DNA from: an uncultured SAR86 cluster bacterium
GTDB lineage: Bacteria > Pseudomonadota > Gammaproteobacteria > Magnimaribacterales > D2472
Direction: 5' to 3'
Length of the DNA: 64,000 bases
Assembly: GCA_943788515.1 (NCBI GenBank)
Contig: CALSQM010000003.1
Span: 155,123-219,122, forward strand
Positions within the stretch are counted from its first letter, which is position 1. Each line of letters opens with the position of its first letter. The position numbers were made by a program, and so were the translations under genes. The notes under the pieces are model-generated. The model worked only from the letters and a program-made list of their open reading frames with translations, made no database searches and was not told the origin of the DNA. Shown here one piece after another: positions 1 through 9,397 of the stretch.

Positions 1-198
1 AGCACCAGAAGAGTCCATCTCCTCCCTTACAATAGTTTCAATTTTTCTTAGGACTTTTAGCCCCAATGGAAGCCAGGTATAGATCCCAGAAGCCACTCTT
101 CTGATCATCCCTGCTCTAAGCATTAGCTTATGGCTTATAACTTCAGCCTCCTGAGGTGCATCTTTTAAAGTGGGTAGTAATAGTTTTGAGAACAACAT
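1..198 (-). CDS. proS: Proline--tRNA ligase, N-terminal part (runs off window start; not in ORF track)
   Basis: Manual reverse-strand translation from ATG at 198: [66 protein letters not shown], a typical bacterial ProRS N-terminus. Confidence 0.95.
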   Translation of the reverse strand, partial: MLFSKLLLPTLKDAPQEAEVISHKLMLRAGMIRRVASGIYTWLPLGLKVLRKIETIVREEMDSSGA

Positions 199-260
199 TT
201 TATTAATTTGTTATATATAAATCCATATGGTTTATAATTTTATCTTTTTTTCGAGTACTT

Positions 261-539
261 ATGCCGATTTATGACTATAAATGTTCATATTGTGAATATG
301 AGACTGAAATAATACAGAAGTTTAGTGATGAACCTAAGACGCTATGCCCCAACTGTAATAAAAACAGTCTTTTAAAAATGGTCTCAGCTCCTTCATTTAG
401 ATTAAAGGGTGGAGGGTGGTATGAAACTGACTTTAAAACTGGAAATAAAAAAAACTTATCATCAAATGATAATAAATCTTCAAAAAATTCAATATCTGAC
501 TCCAAGAAAGAGTCTAAACAAGATAAGATTACTAAATAA
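261..539 (+). CDS. FmdB-family zinc-ribbon protein
   Basis: MPIYDYKCxxC...CPxC and FRLKGGGWYETDFK motifs, low-complexity tail; usual position upstream of aspS. Confidence 0.9.
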   Translation: MPIYDYKCSYCEYETEIIQKFSDEPKTLCPNCNKNSLLKMVSAPSFRLKGGGWYETDFKTGNKKNLSSNDNKSSKNSISDSKKESKQDKITK

Positions 540-552
540 ATAAGGAAATATT

Positions 553-2319
553 ATGAGATCTCACTACTGTGGAGAAATTACATCTAAACATCTTGATAAA
601 GATATAATAATTTGTGGCTGGATTCACAAAAGACGAGATCATGGCGGGGTTATATTTTTAGATGTAAGAGACATTAAAGGAGTTTGTCAGGCTGTAATTA
701 ATCCTGATAATTTAAAGTCTTTTGAAATTGCTGAAACATTAAGAAATGAGTATGTTGTTAAGATATCTGGAAAAGTTAAATCTAGGTTAGAAGGCACAAT
801 TAACAAAAATATGACAACTGGCGAAATAGAGCTTGTTGCTGAGGAAATAGTTATTCTTAGTAAAGCAGTGACTCCAGTTTTTCCATTAGATGACTATCAG
901 GATGTTAATGAAGATGTTCGTCTAAAAAATAGGGTTCTTGATTTAAGAAGGCCTGAAATGAATCAAAGAATTGTTACCAGATCAAAAATAAGCTCAACAA
1001 TAAGAAACTACTTAGATGATAATGACTTTCATGAAATAGAAACCCCTATTCTTACAAGAGCAACACCTGAAGGGGCAAGAGACTTTATTTTGCCTAGCAG
1101 AGTTCAGTCTGGTAAATTTTTTGCCTTACCTCAATCACCTCAACTCTTTAAACAGCTGCTGATGATGGGTGGGTTAGATAAGTATTATCAAATTGCTAGA
1201 TGTTTTAGAGATGAAGATCTAAGGGCTGATCGTCAACCAGAATTTACTCAAATAGACATTGAAGCATCGTTTATCGATCAAGAATACATAATGGAAATCG
1301 GCGAAAATATGATAAAGGAGCTTGTCCATAAGTTTTGTGGTGATAGTTTAGATAGTTTTCCAGTATTAAATTGGCATGACTCTATAAGGGACTATGGTTG
1401 TGATAAACCTGATTTAAGAATTCCTTTAAAATTAGTTGAGATATCTGAATTAGTTAAAGATGAAGAGTTTAAAGTTTTTGCTGAGCCTGCAAAAGATAAT
1501 AATTCAAGAGTTGTTGCTTTAAAAATTCCGGGAGGAAACTCTCTATCTAGAGGCCAAATAGATGAATATACTAAATTTGTCTCTAAGCTTGGCGCAAAAG
1601 GTCTCGCATATATAAAAGTCAATAATAAGAATGATATTGAGAATGGATTACAGTCCCCAATTCTTAAATTTCTCAATAAAGAGACAATAAATTCTTTAGT
1701 AGCTGAACTAGATTTAAATAATGATGATTTGCTTTTCTTTGGAGCAGGAAAAGCCTCTATTGTTAATTTAAGTATGAGTAGCTTAATTAAAAAAATTGGT
1801 GATGATTTAAATCTATATTCATCTAAATGGGCTCCATGTTGGGTGATTAACTTCCCAATGTTTGAAAGAAACAACGATGGAAATCTAACATCTCTACATC
1901 ATCCTTTCACTCTCCCAAAATGCACTTCCGAGGAGTTAGAGGGATCTGCTGATACTGCTTTAGCTCACGCCTATGATATTGTTTTGAATGGTTATGAGAT
2001 TGGTGGCGGTTCACTAAGAGTTTTTGATGCAGATATGCAAAAAATAATATTTAATATACTAAATATTTCAGAAGAAGAGGCTGATAGTAAATTCGGCTTT
2101 TTATTGAAAGCTCTTTCATCAGGCTGTCCTCCTCATGGAGGAATAGCATTTGGTCTAGATAGAATAGTTATGCTTATTACAGATACTACCAATATAAGGG
2201 ATGTTATTGCATTTCCTAAAACACAAAGTGCAACATGCTTACTAACAGATGCTCCAAGTAAAGTTGATGATTCTCAGCTTGAAGAATTAAAAATTATTAG
2301 CACTCATAAGGAAGATTAG
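553..2319 (+). CDS. aspS: Aspartate--tRNA ligase, probably non-discriminating Asp/Asn type
   Basis: [44 protein letters not shown] and [12 protein letters not shown] motifs. Confidence 0.98.
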   Translation: MRSHYCGEITSKHLDKDIIICGWIHKRRDHGGVIFLDVRDIKGVCQAVINPDNLKSFEIAETLRNEYVVKISGKVKSRLEGTINKNMTTGEIELVAEEIVILSKAVTPVFPLDDYQDVNEDVRLKNRVLDLRRPEMNQRIVTRSKISSTIRNYLDDNDFHEIETPILTRATPEGARDFILPSRVQSGKFFALPQSPQLFKQLLMMGGLDKYYQIARCFRDEDLRADRQPEFTQIDIEASFIDQEYIMEIGENMIKELVHKFCGDSLDSFPVLNWHDSIRDYGCDKPDLRIPLKLVEISELVKDEEFKVFAEPAKDNNSRVVALKIPGGNSLSRGQIDEYTKFVSKLGAKGLAYIKVNNKNDIENGLQSPILKFLNKETINSLVAELDLNNDDLLFFGAGKASIVNLSMSSLIKKIGDDLNLYSSKWAPCWVINFPMFERNNDGNLTSLHHPFTLPKCTSEELEGSADTALAHAYDIVLNGYEIGGGSLRVFDADMQKIIFNILNISEEEADSKFGFLLKALSSGCPPHGGIAFGLDRIVMLITDTTNIRDVIAFPKTQSATCLLTDAPSKVDDSQLEELKIISTHKED

Positions 2320-2321
2320 AT

Positions 2322-3059
2322 ATGGCAGGACATTCCAAATGGGCAAATATTAAACATAGAAAAGCTAGACAAGACGCATCACGTGGAAAAGTATGGACCA
2401 AGGTTATAAGAGAAATAACTGTTGCAGCAAAAGGCGGTCCTGATCCTGATGACAACCCAAGATTGCGTTTGGCCTTAGACAAAGCAAATGCAGCTAATAT
2501 GCCTAAAGATAATATTAAAAGAGCAATTGAAAAAGGCTCAGGCACTGGAGAGACTGGTGCTTTAGAAGAAATAATATTTGAAGGGTATGGTCCCGGTGGT
2601 GTTGCAATATTGGTTGAAACAATGACTGATAACAGAAATAGAACAGTTTCTGATGTTCGACATGCTTTTTCAAAGTTTGGAGGAAATTTAGGAACCGACG
2701 GCTCTGTATCTTATTTGTTTAATAAAATTGGTATTATCCATATTTCAAAAGTCACTTCTGAAGAAGAGTTAATGGATATTGTGTTAGAGTCAGGAGCAGA
2801 TGATTTGGTCGATGAGGGCGAATACTTTGAAATTATTTCATCAAGTAGCAATTTAAGTAATGTGCTTGAATCATTAAAATCTAACAGCATAGAAAATATC
2901 AATGCTGAGCTTACCTTAAGAGCAGAGACCTCTGTAGCAATTGACCAAGAAATGTCTGAAAAAGTTCTTAAAATAATGGATTTTATGGATGAGCTTGATG
3001 ATGTGCAAGAGGTCCATACCAACGCAGAATTTCCAGATAACTTTGAATTAAAAGAGTAA
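2322..3059 (+). CDS. yebC: YebC/PmpR family protein
   Basis: MAGHSKWANIKHRK N-terminus, EGYGPGGVA, DDVQEVHTN. Confidence 0.97.
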   Translation: MAGHSKWANIKHRKARQDASRGKVWTKVIREITVAAKGGPDPDDNPRLRLALDKANAANMPKDNIKRAIEKGSGTGETGALEEIIFEGYGPGGVAILVETMTDNRNRTVSDVRHAFSKFGGNLGTDGSVSYLFNKIGIIHISKVTSEEELMDIVLESGADDLVDEGEYFEIISSSSNLSNVLESLKSNSIENINAELTLRAETSVAIDQEMSEKVLKIMDFMDELDDVQEVHTNAEFPDNFELKE

Positions 3060-3062
3060 AAA

Positions 3063-3488
3063 TTGTCAATAAATTCAAGAAATAAAGGCGCAACTTTTGA
3101 GAGACAAATAGCTAATGCCTTAATTAATGATTTAAATTTAACTAATCCAGTTAAGAGAATACTAGAACAGACAAGAACTAAAGAGCTTCCAGATCTTATG
3201 CTTGGAAATTGGTGTATTGAATGCAAGGCATACGGGTCAGGTGCCGAGCCAAGGCCTGATTGGTGGGAGCAAGTTTTAGCATCATCTAAAGGCGCTGATT
3301 TAAAGCCGGCACTTGTTTATAAATTTAACAATAGACCGATTAAAGTTAGAATCTTGGCGTGTACAATAAATAAAGATATCAAAAATACTTTAGTAACAGT
3401 GGACTTACTATGGCCAGATTTCATTCAAGTATTACTAGAATTATTTCAAAAAGATATCGAGCTTCATGAAAAAAATTTTCAGGCCTAG
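3063..3488 (+). CDS. Phage/archaeal-type (Hjc-like) PD-(D/E)XK Holliday-junction resolvase
   Basis: TTG start; SRNKGATFER (E13), PD (43-44), IECK (E53-x-K55) and WWEQV; occupies the ruvCAB position. Confidence 0.75.
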   Translation: MSINSRNKGATFERQIANALINDLNLTNPVKRILEQTRTKELPDLMLGNWCIECKAYGSGAEPRPDWWEQVLASSKGADLKPALVYKFNNRPIKVRILACTINKDIKNTLVTVDLLWPDFIQVLLELFQKDIELHEKNFQA

Positions 3489-3894
3489 AGATTTAAATTT
3501 AAAGGTATATGTTGAAGATACAGACTTTCAGGGTTTTGTATATCATGCAAATTACATTAAATTCTTTGAAAGAGCTCGTTCTGAATTTCTTCAAAATAAC
3601 AAGATATCTCAAAAAGAATTACGAATAAATAATCTTGCGTTTGTTGTAAAAAGAATTGAAATAGATTTTCTTTTCCCAGGAAGATTAGGGGATGAATTGA
3701 TTGTAGAATCTTTAATTGAAAAAAAATCTAATGCCCGTATGATTTTTAAACAAGATATAGTTAATCGTAATGATAATAAAAAGTTATGTAGCGGCATGGT
3801 TGAGGTTTGCTTAATTGACATTGAATCAAAAAAACCTAAACGCTTACCTGATGATTTATTATTAATACTTGATGAGGATAAATTAAATGAATGA
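3466..3894 (+). CDS. ybgC: Tol-Pal-associated acyl-CoA thioesterase
   Basis: VYVEDTD..G.VYHANYIKFFERARSE hot-dog thioesterase motif, directly upstream of tolQ. Confidence 0.93.
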   Translation: MKKIFRPRDLNLKVYVEDTDFQGFVYHANYIKFFERARSEFLQNNKISQKELRINNLAFVVKRIEIDFLFPGRLGDELIVESLIEKKSNARMIFKQDIVNRNDNKKLCSGMVEVCLIDIESKKPKRLPDDLLLILDEDKLNE

Positions 3895-4561
3895 TATTTC
3901 TGTATTAAATCTTTTCTTAGAAGCTGGAATGGTTGTAAAAACTGTAATGTTGCTTCTATTACTTGCATCAGTTCTAACTTGGATAGTTGTAGTTGAGAGA
4001 TATAACTTTTATAAAAAAATTAAAGATATAAATACAAGTTTTCATAAAAGGTTTTGGAGCGGAGAAGATCTGAACATCTTGTATGATGAGATTGAATTGG
4101 AAAATATACCACTTTATGGCTCGTTAAGTGTATTCCAAAGCGCTTTTAAAGAGTTTAAGCAATTAAACCCCCAAGAGATAATAACTGAATTAGATTTAGA
4201 GGGAATTAATAGATGCATGAGAGTTGCCATAGCTGCTGATGAGGAGGAAATGAATAAACATCTTCCTTTTCTTGCCAATGTAGGTTCTGTAAGTCCTTAT
4301 GTGGGTCTTTTAGGAACAGTGTGGGGGATTATGACTTCATTCCAAGGCTTATCTGACGCAACTCAAGCTACCATTAATGCAGTGGCTCCAGGGATATCTG
4401 AGGCACTTGTAGCAACAGCAATGGGATTGTTTGCAGCTATACCTGCTGTAATCGCATTTAATAAATATACTTCAGAGCTTGAGACTATGAGTCAATCGAC
4501 TTTAATTTTCTCTGAAGAGTTAGCAAGCATTTTTTATAAGCAATCTATAAAAAATAAATGA
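3887..4561 (+). CDS. tolQ: TolQ
   Basis: SPYVGLLGTVWGIM and VAPGISEALVATAMGLFAAIPAV; operon context. Confidence 0.97.
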   Translation: MNDISVLNLFLEAGMVVKTVMLLLLLASVLTWIVVVERYNFYKKIKDINTSFHKRFWSGEDLNILYDEIELENIPLYGSLSVFQSAFKEFKQLNPQEIITELDLEGINRCMRVAIAADEEEMNKHLPFLANVGSVSPYVGLLGTVWGIMTSFQGLSDATQATINAVAPGISEALVATAMGLFAAIPAVIAFNKYTSELETMSQSTLIFSEELASIFYKQSIKNK

Positions 4562-4980
4562 TCTATAGGCTAGCAAAGAAAAAAACTCTCAAGGCAGAAA
4601 TAAATGTAGTTCCGTATATCGATGTGATGTTGGTTTTATTGATTATTTTCATGGTTCTTTCCCCCTTACTTATCCAAGGCATCGAAGTAAATCTACCTAA
4701 AACAGATACTACAAAAATGACTGTTCAAAATGAACCGCTTGTTATCTCAATAGATGAAATGGGCAAATTCTATTTGAATATTGGAGAAGAGGTTCTACCA
4801 ATTAGTATTGACGAGCTTAAAAGAAAATCTGCAATTATTTATGATGCTAACCCTGAAATAGAGGTAGTATTTCAAAGCGACAAAGATGTAACCTTTGACA
4901 GTGTGGCAAAGGCTATGGCAGCCGTTCAAAGTGTAGGAATATTAAAGATTGGAATCGTTACCACAGGCTATGGAAATTAA
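4558..4980 (+). CDS. tolR: TolR
   Basis: EINVVPYIDVMLVLLIIFMV. Confidence 0.96.
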   Translation: MIYRLAKKKTLKAEINVVPYIDVMLVLLIIFMVLSPLLIQGIEVNLPKTDTTKMTVQNEPLVISIDEMGKFYLNIGEEVLPISIDELKRKSAIIYDANPEIEVVFQSDKDVTFDSVAKAMAAVQSVGILKIGIVTTGYGN

Positions 4981-5587
4981 ATCAGACTATTTAATAGCAT
5001 CATTTTTTTCATTTTTAATCCACGCAATGATTATCTTATTTCTTATGGATTTTTTTTATTCTGATAAGCAATCAAGACCAGTTCTTACCAAAGCGATAGA
5101 TGTAAGTTTAGTATTTAAAGAAGATATTGCTAAGTTAAAAACATCATCGAAACCAAAAAAAATATTGGTTAAAGAAAAGCTAGTTAACAATAAAACAATC
5201 TCTGAAGAGATTGTGGATACCAGCTCCTCCAATGAAATGCTATTAAGCTTAAATGAGTTAATAGATATTGATAAAGCCCAAATCTTATCAAGCGAAGAAA
5301 ATGAAATTAACGAATTTAGTAAAAAGATTATCAATTTAATTGAGTCAGCTTGGCTTAAACCAAAAAATATTCAAGATGGGCTGATATGCGATTTAAGGCT
5401 ATCAATAAATAGAAATGGAAGGATAATGAGTGTTGATCTGATAAAAAGCAGTGGTAATATTCGTTTTGATAATTCAGCACTGAAAGCAGTTTATAGAGTT
5501 GAGTCTTTTAATTTTTATAATAAAATCTCCAGCAACTTGTATACAAATAATTTTAAAAAAATGGTAATTACTTTTAACCCATCATGA
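4970..5587 (+). CDS. tolA: TolA, short form; ATG 4970 preferred over TTG 4949
   Basis: N-terminal TM helix with S-x3-H (SFLIH) and C-terminal TonB/TolA domain (SSGNIRFDNSALKAV); lies between tolR and tolB. Confidence 0.85.
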   Translation: MEIKSDYLIASFFSFLIHAMIILFLMDFFYSDKQSRPVLTKAIDVSLVFKEDIAKLKTSSKPKKILVKEKLVNNKTISEEIVDTSSSNEMLLSLNELIDIDKAQILSSEENEINEFSKKIINLIESAWLKPKNIQDGLICDLRLSINRNGRIMSVDLIKSSGNIRFDNSALKAVYRVESFNFYNKISSNLYTNNFKKMVITFNPS

Positions 5588-6858
5588 AAAAGATATTTAT
5601 ATTATTTTTAATACCTCAATTCATTTTTGCAGAACTTGTTTTAGAAATCACAAAAGGTTCTGATGATCCATTTGTTATTGCTTTGTTAAGTTTCGATGGG
5701 AAAAGAGCTCTAACAGATGAAGTAGATGTCACTATTAATAATGATTTAAAAAGAACAGGAGAATTCAAAATTATAAAAGACGAAAAGCTTTTGTCCTCTC
5801 CTAGCAATGAAGAAGATCTAGACTTTAACGAATTTAAGTTATTGGGTATTGATTATATTGTTATGGGAGCTTTGGAATCTGAAGATAAATTCAATTTATC
5901 TGCATCTTATGAAATTTATAATGTAATCAGTAAGAAAAAAATAAGAACATCGAAGGTTTTCGGCATACCAAATAAAATTAAACAGTTATCTCATTATATA
6001 AGTGATGGAATATACGAAGAAATCACTGGAATAAAAGGGGTGGCGTCAACAAAGATTTTATACATTACTGAGATAGTAGAAGAGAAGAAATCTTTATATG
6101 AGCTGATAGTTGCTGACGCTGATGGAGCAAACGAGCAAGTGTTATTAAAAAGTTACGAGCCTATTATTTCACCTGCCTGGTCTCCGGACTCAAAACAAGT
6201 TGCCTATGTTTCATTTGAGACTGGTATTGCAAAAGTTTACATACAAGACATAGCGACGGGAAAAAGAAGAGTTGCTATAGAAAATACTAAACAAATAAGC
6301 TCTCCATCATGGTCTCCAAATGGAAATTTTCTTTCTATGACAATGTACCAAGATGGAAATGCAGAAATATATATTCTTAACTTAAAAAATAATAACCTTA
6401 CAAGATTGACGAATCATTACGCTATAGATACTGAATCATCCTGGTCATCTGATGGTTCCCGTATCATGTTTACTTCAGGAAGATCAGGCTCTCCTCAGCT
6501 ATATGAAATAAAGCTAAGAAAATATAATTCTAATCCTGAGCGCATAACTTTTGAAGGAAACTACAATGCAAAAGGGTCTTATCTAAAAAATGGTGATGGA
6601 ATTATATTTGTTCATAGAGCTGACAATGATTTTAAGATAGCGCTAAAGTACTTTAATGAAAATTTTATAAGACCTTTAACAGAATCTAAATTAGATGAGT
6701 CTCCTAGTATTTCTCCTAACGGGAATGTGATAATCTATGCAGTAACAGAAAATGGTGAAAGTTTGCTCTCAGGCCTTACACTTAGCGGTGCAAAGTTTAG
6801 ACTTCCTGCAAAAAAAGGTGAAGTTAGAGAGCCCGCATGGTCTGGTTTTTTAAGATAA
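5584..6858 (+). CDS. tolB: TolB beta-propeller
   Basis: Signal peptide, repeated SPAWSPD/SPSWSPNG (PD40) motifs, C-terminal VREPAWS. Confidence 0.96.
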   Translation: MKKIFILFLIPQFIFAELVLEITKGSDDPFVIALLSFDGKRALTDEVDVTINNDLKRTGEFKIIKDEKLLSSPSNEEDLDFNEFKLLGIDYIVMGALESEDKFNLSASYEIYNVISKKKIRTSKVFGIPNKIKQLSHYISDGIYEEITGIKGVASTKILYITEIVEEKKSLYELIVADADGANEQVLLKSYEPIISPAWSPDSKQVAYVSFETGIAKVYIQDIATGKRRVAIENTKQISSPSWSPNGNFLSMTMYQDGNAEIYILNLKNNNLTRLTNHYAIDTESSWSSDGSRIMFTSGRSGSPQLYEIKLRKYNSNPERITFEGNYNAKGSYLKNGDGIIFVHRADNDFKIALKYFNENFIRPLTESKLDESPSISPNGNVIIYAVTENGESLLSGLTLSGAKFRLPAKKGEVREPAWSGFLR

Positions 6859-6876
6859 CAAACAGGAGATTTTTTT

Positions 6877-7380
6877 ATGCCATCAATCAATAATAATAAA
6901 GTTCAAAATTTTTTATTTAGTTTTTCATTTATGATTCTTCTATCATCATGTTCAAGCATGAATGTAACTGAAGAAAGAGTCTATGAAGGAGGAATTAAAA
7001 CAGTTGAGGTATCAGTAGCTGAGGTTGATGAACTGGATTATGAAACAAAAGCAATTTTTGCTAATGCAACTGTATTCTTTGAATTTGATAGCTATAACTT
7101 AACATCCAAATCAATTCAAACTTTAAAAAGTGTTGTTTCCGTTATGAATCAAAATAAAAATATTAAAATAACCCTAGCAGGGCATGCAGATGAGAGAGGT
7201 ACAAGAGAATATAATCTTGCTCTTGGTCAAAGGAGAGCAGAATCAGTTAAAGACTACTTCATTTTAAATGGGATTAATTCTTCAAAAGTTTCTGTTAAAA
7301 GTTATGGAGAGGAGAGACCTGTTGCTTCAGGTAATGACGAAATGAGCTATTCAAAAAATAGGAGAGTTGAAATCAACTAA
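6877..7380 (+). CDS. pal: Peptidoglycan-associated lipoprotein
   Basis: Lipobox LSSC; GHADERGTREYNLALGQRRAESVK; NRRVEI. Confidence 0.96.
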   Translation: MPSINNNKVQNFLFSFSFMILLSSCSSMNVTEERVYEGGIKTVEVSVAEVDELDYETKAIFANATVFFEFDSYNLTSKSIQTLKSVVSVMNQNKNIKITLAGHADERGTREYNLALGQRRAESVKDYFILNGINSSKVSVKSYGEERPVASGNDEMSYSKNRRVEIN

Positions 7381-7382
7381 AG

Positions 7383-8033
7383 ATGAAAGAGTTTTCTTTT
7401 ACATCTTTATTATTTCTTACAGTAATATTTTCTTCTTCTTTAGCCAATGCTGATGACAATGAAACATTGCAGGCAGATATTTTATTTCTTAAAATTCAAG
7501 AGCTTGAAGTTGAAATCGCTGATTTAAGAAATAAAGTTGAGTCACAAAGTCATCTTATTAAAAAGCTTATAGCCGAATCAGTAAAAGATGAAGAGGCAGA
7601 ACAGCCTAATGAGCTATCAATATCTGGTGATTTTAGGTTTAAGGGTATGGAAGACATAAAGAGCAAAGAAGATGTTTTTAAGGGAGCCGTCAGCGCTCTT
7701 GAAGATCAAGACCTAGATACAGCTTTTAACTTATTTACTTATTTCATAGAAAATTTTAATGATAATGAAAAAAACGCTATCTCATATTTTTGGCTGGGAG
7801 AAATTTCTATCATAAAAAATAATTTAGATGCCTCTAATGATTTCTTTATGGAACTCATTTTATCCTACCCGTCACATTACAGAGTTCCCCTGGCACATAA
7901 GAAAATAGGGGACATATATATGAAAAAAAATGAGCTAATTAGAGCTAAAGAGAAATATAATTTTGTTGTGAGAGAATACCCAAAAGATACTGCATCATCT
8001 TTGGCCTTGCAGTTATTGAAAAATATGGAATAA
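7383..8033 (+). CDS. cpoB: Cell division coordinator CpoB (YbgF), coiled-coil plus TPR
   Basis: Signal peptide, coiled coil, YFWLGE and TPR helices; follows pal. Confidence 0.85.
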   Translation: MKEFSFTSLLFLTVIFSSSLANADDNETLQADILFLKIQELEVEIADLRNKVESQSHLIKKLIAESVKDEEAEQPNELSISGDFRFKGMEDIKSKEDVFKGAVSALEDQDLDTAFNLFTYFIENFNDNEKNAISYFWLGEISIIKNNLDASNDFFMELILSYPSHYRVPLAHKKIGDIYMKKNELIRAKEKYNFVVREYPKDTASSLALQLLKNME

Positions 8034-8060
8034 TCACACTTTTTTATTATGCATAACCAT

Positions 8061-8136
8061 GGGTCGCTAGCTCAGCTGGTAGAGCAGTTGGCTTTTAACC
8101 AATTGGTCACAGGTTCGAATCCTGTGCGACCCACCA
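8061..8136 (+). tRNA. tRNA-Lys(UUU)
   Basis: GGGTCGC acceptor stem, anticodon loop CTTTTAA, GTTCGAATC T-loop, encoded CCA; conserved position after ybgF. Confidence 0.97.
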
Positions 8137-8161
8137 CTCTTACAGGCATAATATTTTTTTT

Positions 8162-9397
8162 ATGAAAATCAAAGACACAATTCTAACCAGCTTTTTATTT
8201 TTCTTAGTTCTTTCTTCATGGTATGTTTTAAGAGCGGTGAGGAATGAAATGGCTGTTGAAAATTATGGCCAAGACTTCTTATTGATACTCTTGTCTATAA
8301 CAGCGTTAACTATGCTTGTTATAAACCCTTTATATTCATGGATAGCTTCAAGATCAAATTTTAAAAAAATTATAGTTTACTGCTATTCCTTTTTAATATT
8401 AAATCTATTCCTTTTCATAATCTACTCTAGGTCTTTAGGCGATGAGGATATTGTGCAGGCAGTATGGCTGGGTAGAGTTTTCTATATCTGGTGTAATATA
8501 TATTCTTTTTTTGTTGTCTCTATATTTTGGGTTTTAGTAATTAATGTATTTAGAGATATAAAATCTAGAAAATTATATGGTTTTATAATGGCAGGTGGCT
8601 CATTGGGAGCAATTTTTGGGTCAGAAATATCTGTAAGGCTTTCTCAATCATTTACTAATTATGGTTTAGAGCTATTTGCAGCAGCATCATCCTACTTATT
8701 ATTTTTAGCTATATTGGTAGCTAATTACATTGTAAATTCAAACAAGTCTTCAAACCTTACCAAGGAAGTTGGCGGACAATGGTCAGATGCACTTTCTAAT
8801 ATTCTTTCTGTAAAGGAAGTTAGATCGATTGCAATTTATTCATGGCTCTTTACTGCCTTAATGACCGTTCAGTGGATAAGTGCAATACCTATAATTGAAT
8901 CATACTCAGAATTATCACCGGATAGGATTGAACTTTTTGCAAGAATTGAACAGCTTGTTTCACCATTAACTTTATTAACACAATTGTTTCTAACATATAT
9001 TGTTATTTCAGTATTAGGCATCAGGATAATCTTGCTTACTTATGGATTGCTATTTGTGGTCGTCTTTTTACTCTATGGCTTAATGCCATCTGTTGCGGCT
9101 GTTGTTTTTGCTCAATCCTTACTTAGAGTATTTGAGTATGCTTTTAATAAACCATCAAGAGAAATTATTTATAGTCAGCTAGAAAGAACAGATAGATATA
9201 AATCTTCTGTATTTATTGATACTTTTATGACTAGGTTTGGTGATTTAACAGGTAGTATCTTTATGGGAATTGGAAAGATAGCTTCAATTGGCGTTAGTGT
9301 TATGCCTTTAGTGGCAATTCCTTTAGCAGGTTTATTGTCGTTAGCTGGATTAAAAATTGCTAACAATGAAAAATTTAAAGATTCCGAGAAGCGTTAA
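8162..9397 (+). CDS. MFS transporter, NTP/NDP-exchange (AAA/TLC-like) family
   Basis: About 12 hydrophobic helices; YVLRAVRNEM, FW...F, YGFIMAGGSLGAIFG and KPSREIIY...YKSSVFIDTFMTRFGD resemble this family. Confidence 0.7.
   Translation: MKIKDTILTSFLFFLVLSSWYVLRAVRNEMAVENYGQDFLLILLSITALTMLVINPLYSWIASRSNFKKIIVYCYSFLILNLFLFIIYSRSLGDEDIVQAVWLGRVFYIWCNIYSFFVVSIFWVLVINVFRDIKSRKLYGFIMAGGSLGAIFGSEISVRLSQSFTNYGLELFAAASSYLLFLAILVANYIVNSNKSSNLTKEVGGQWSDALSNILSVKEVRSIAIYSWLFTALMTVQWISAIPIIESYSELSPDRIELFARIEQLVSPLTLLTQLFLTYIVISVLGIRIILLTYGLLFVVVFLLYGLMPSVAAVVFAQSLLRVFEYAFNKPSREIIYSQLERTDRYKSSVFIDTFMTRFGDLTGSIFMGIGKIASIGVSVMPLVAIPLAGLLSLAGLKIANNEKFKDSEKR

Noticed and set aside
2297-2305. TTAGCACTC CIRCE half-site (and GAGTGCTAA at 40757-40765)
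   Set aside because: Isolated half-sites inside coding regions with no partner at the 9-nt spacing; no CIRCE upstream of groES either.
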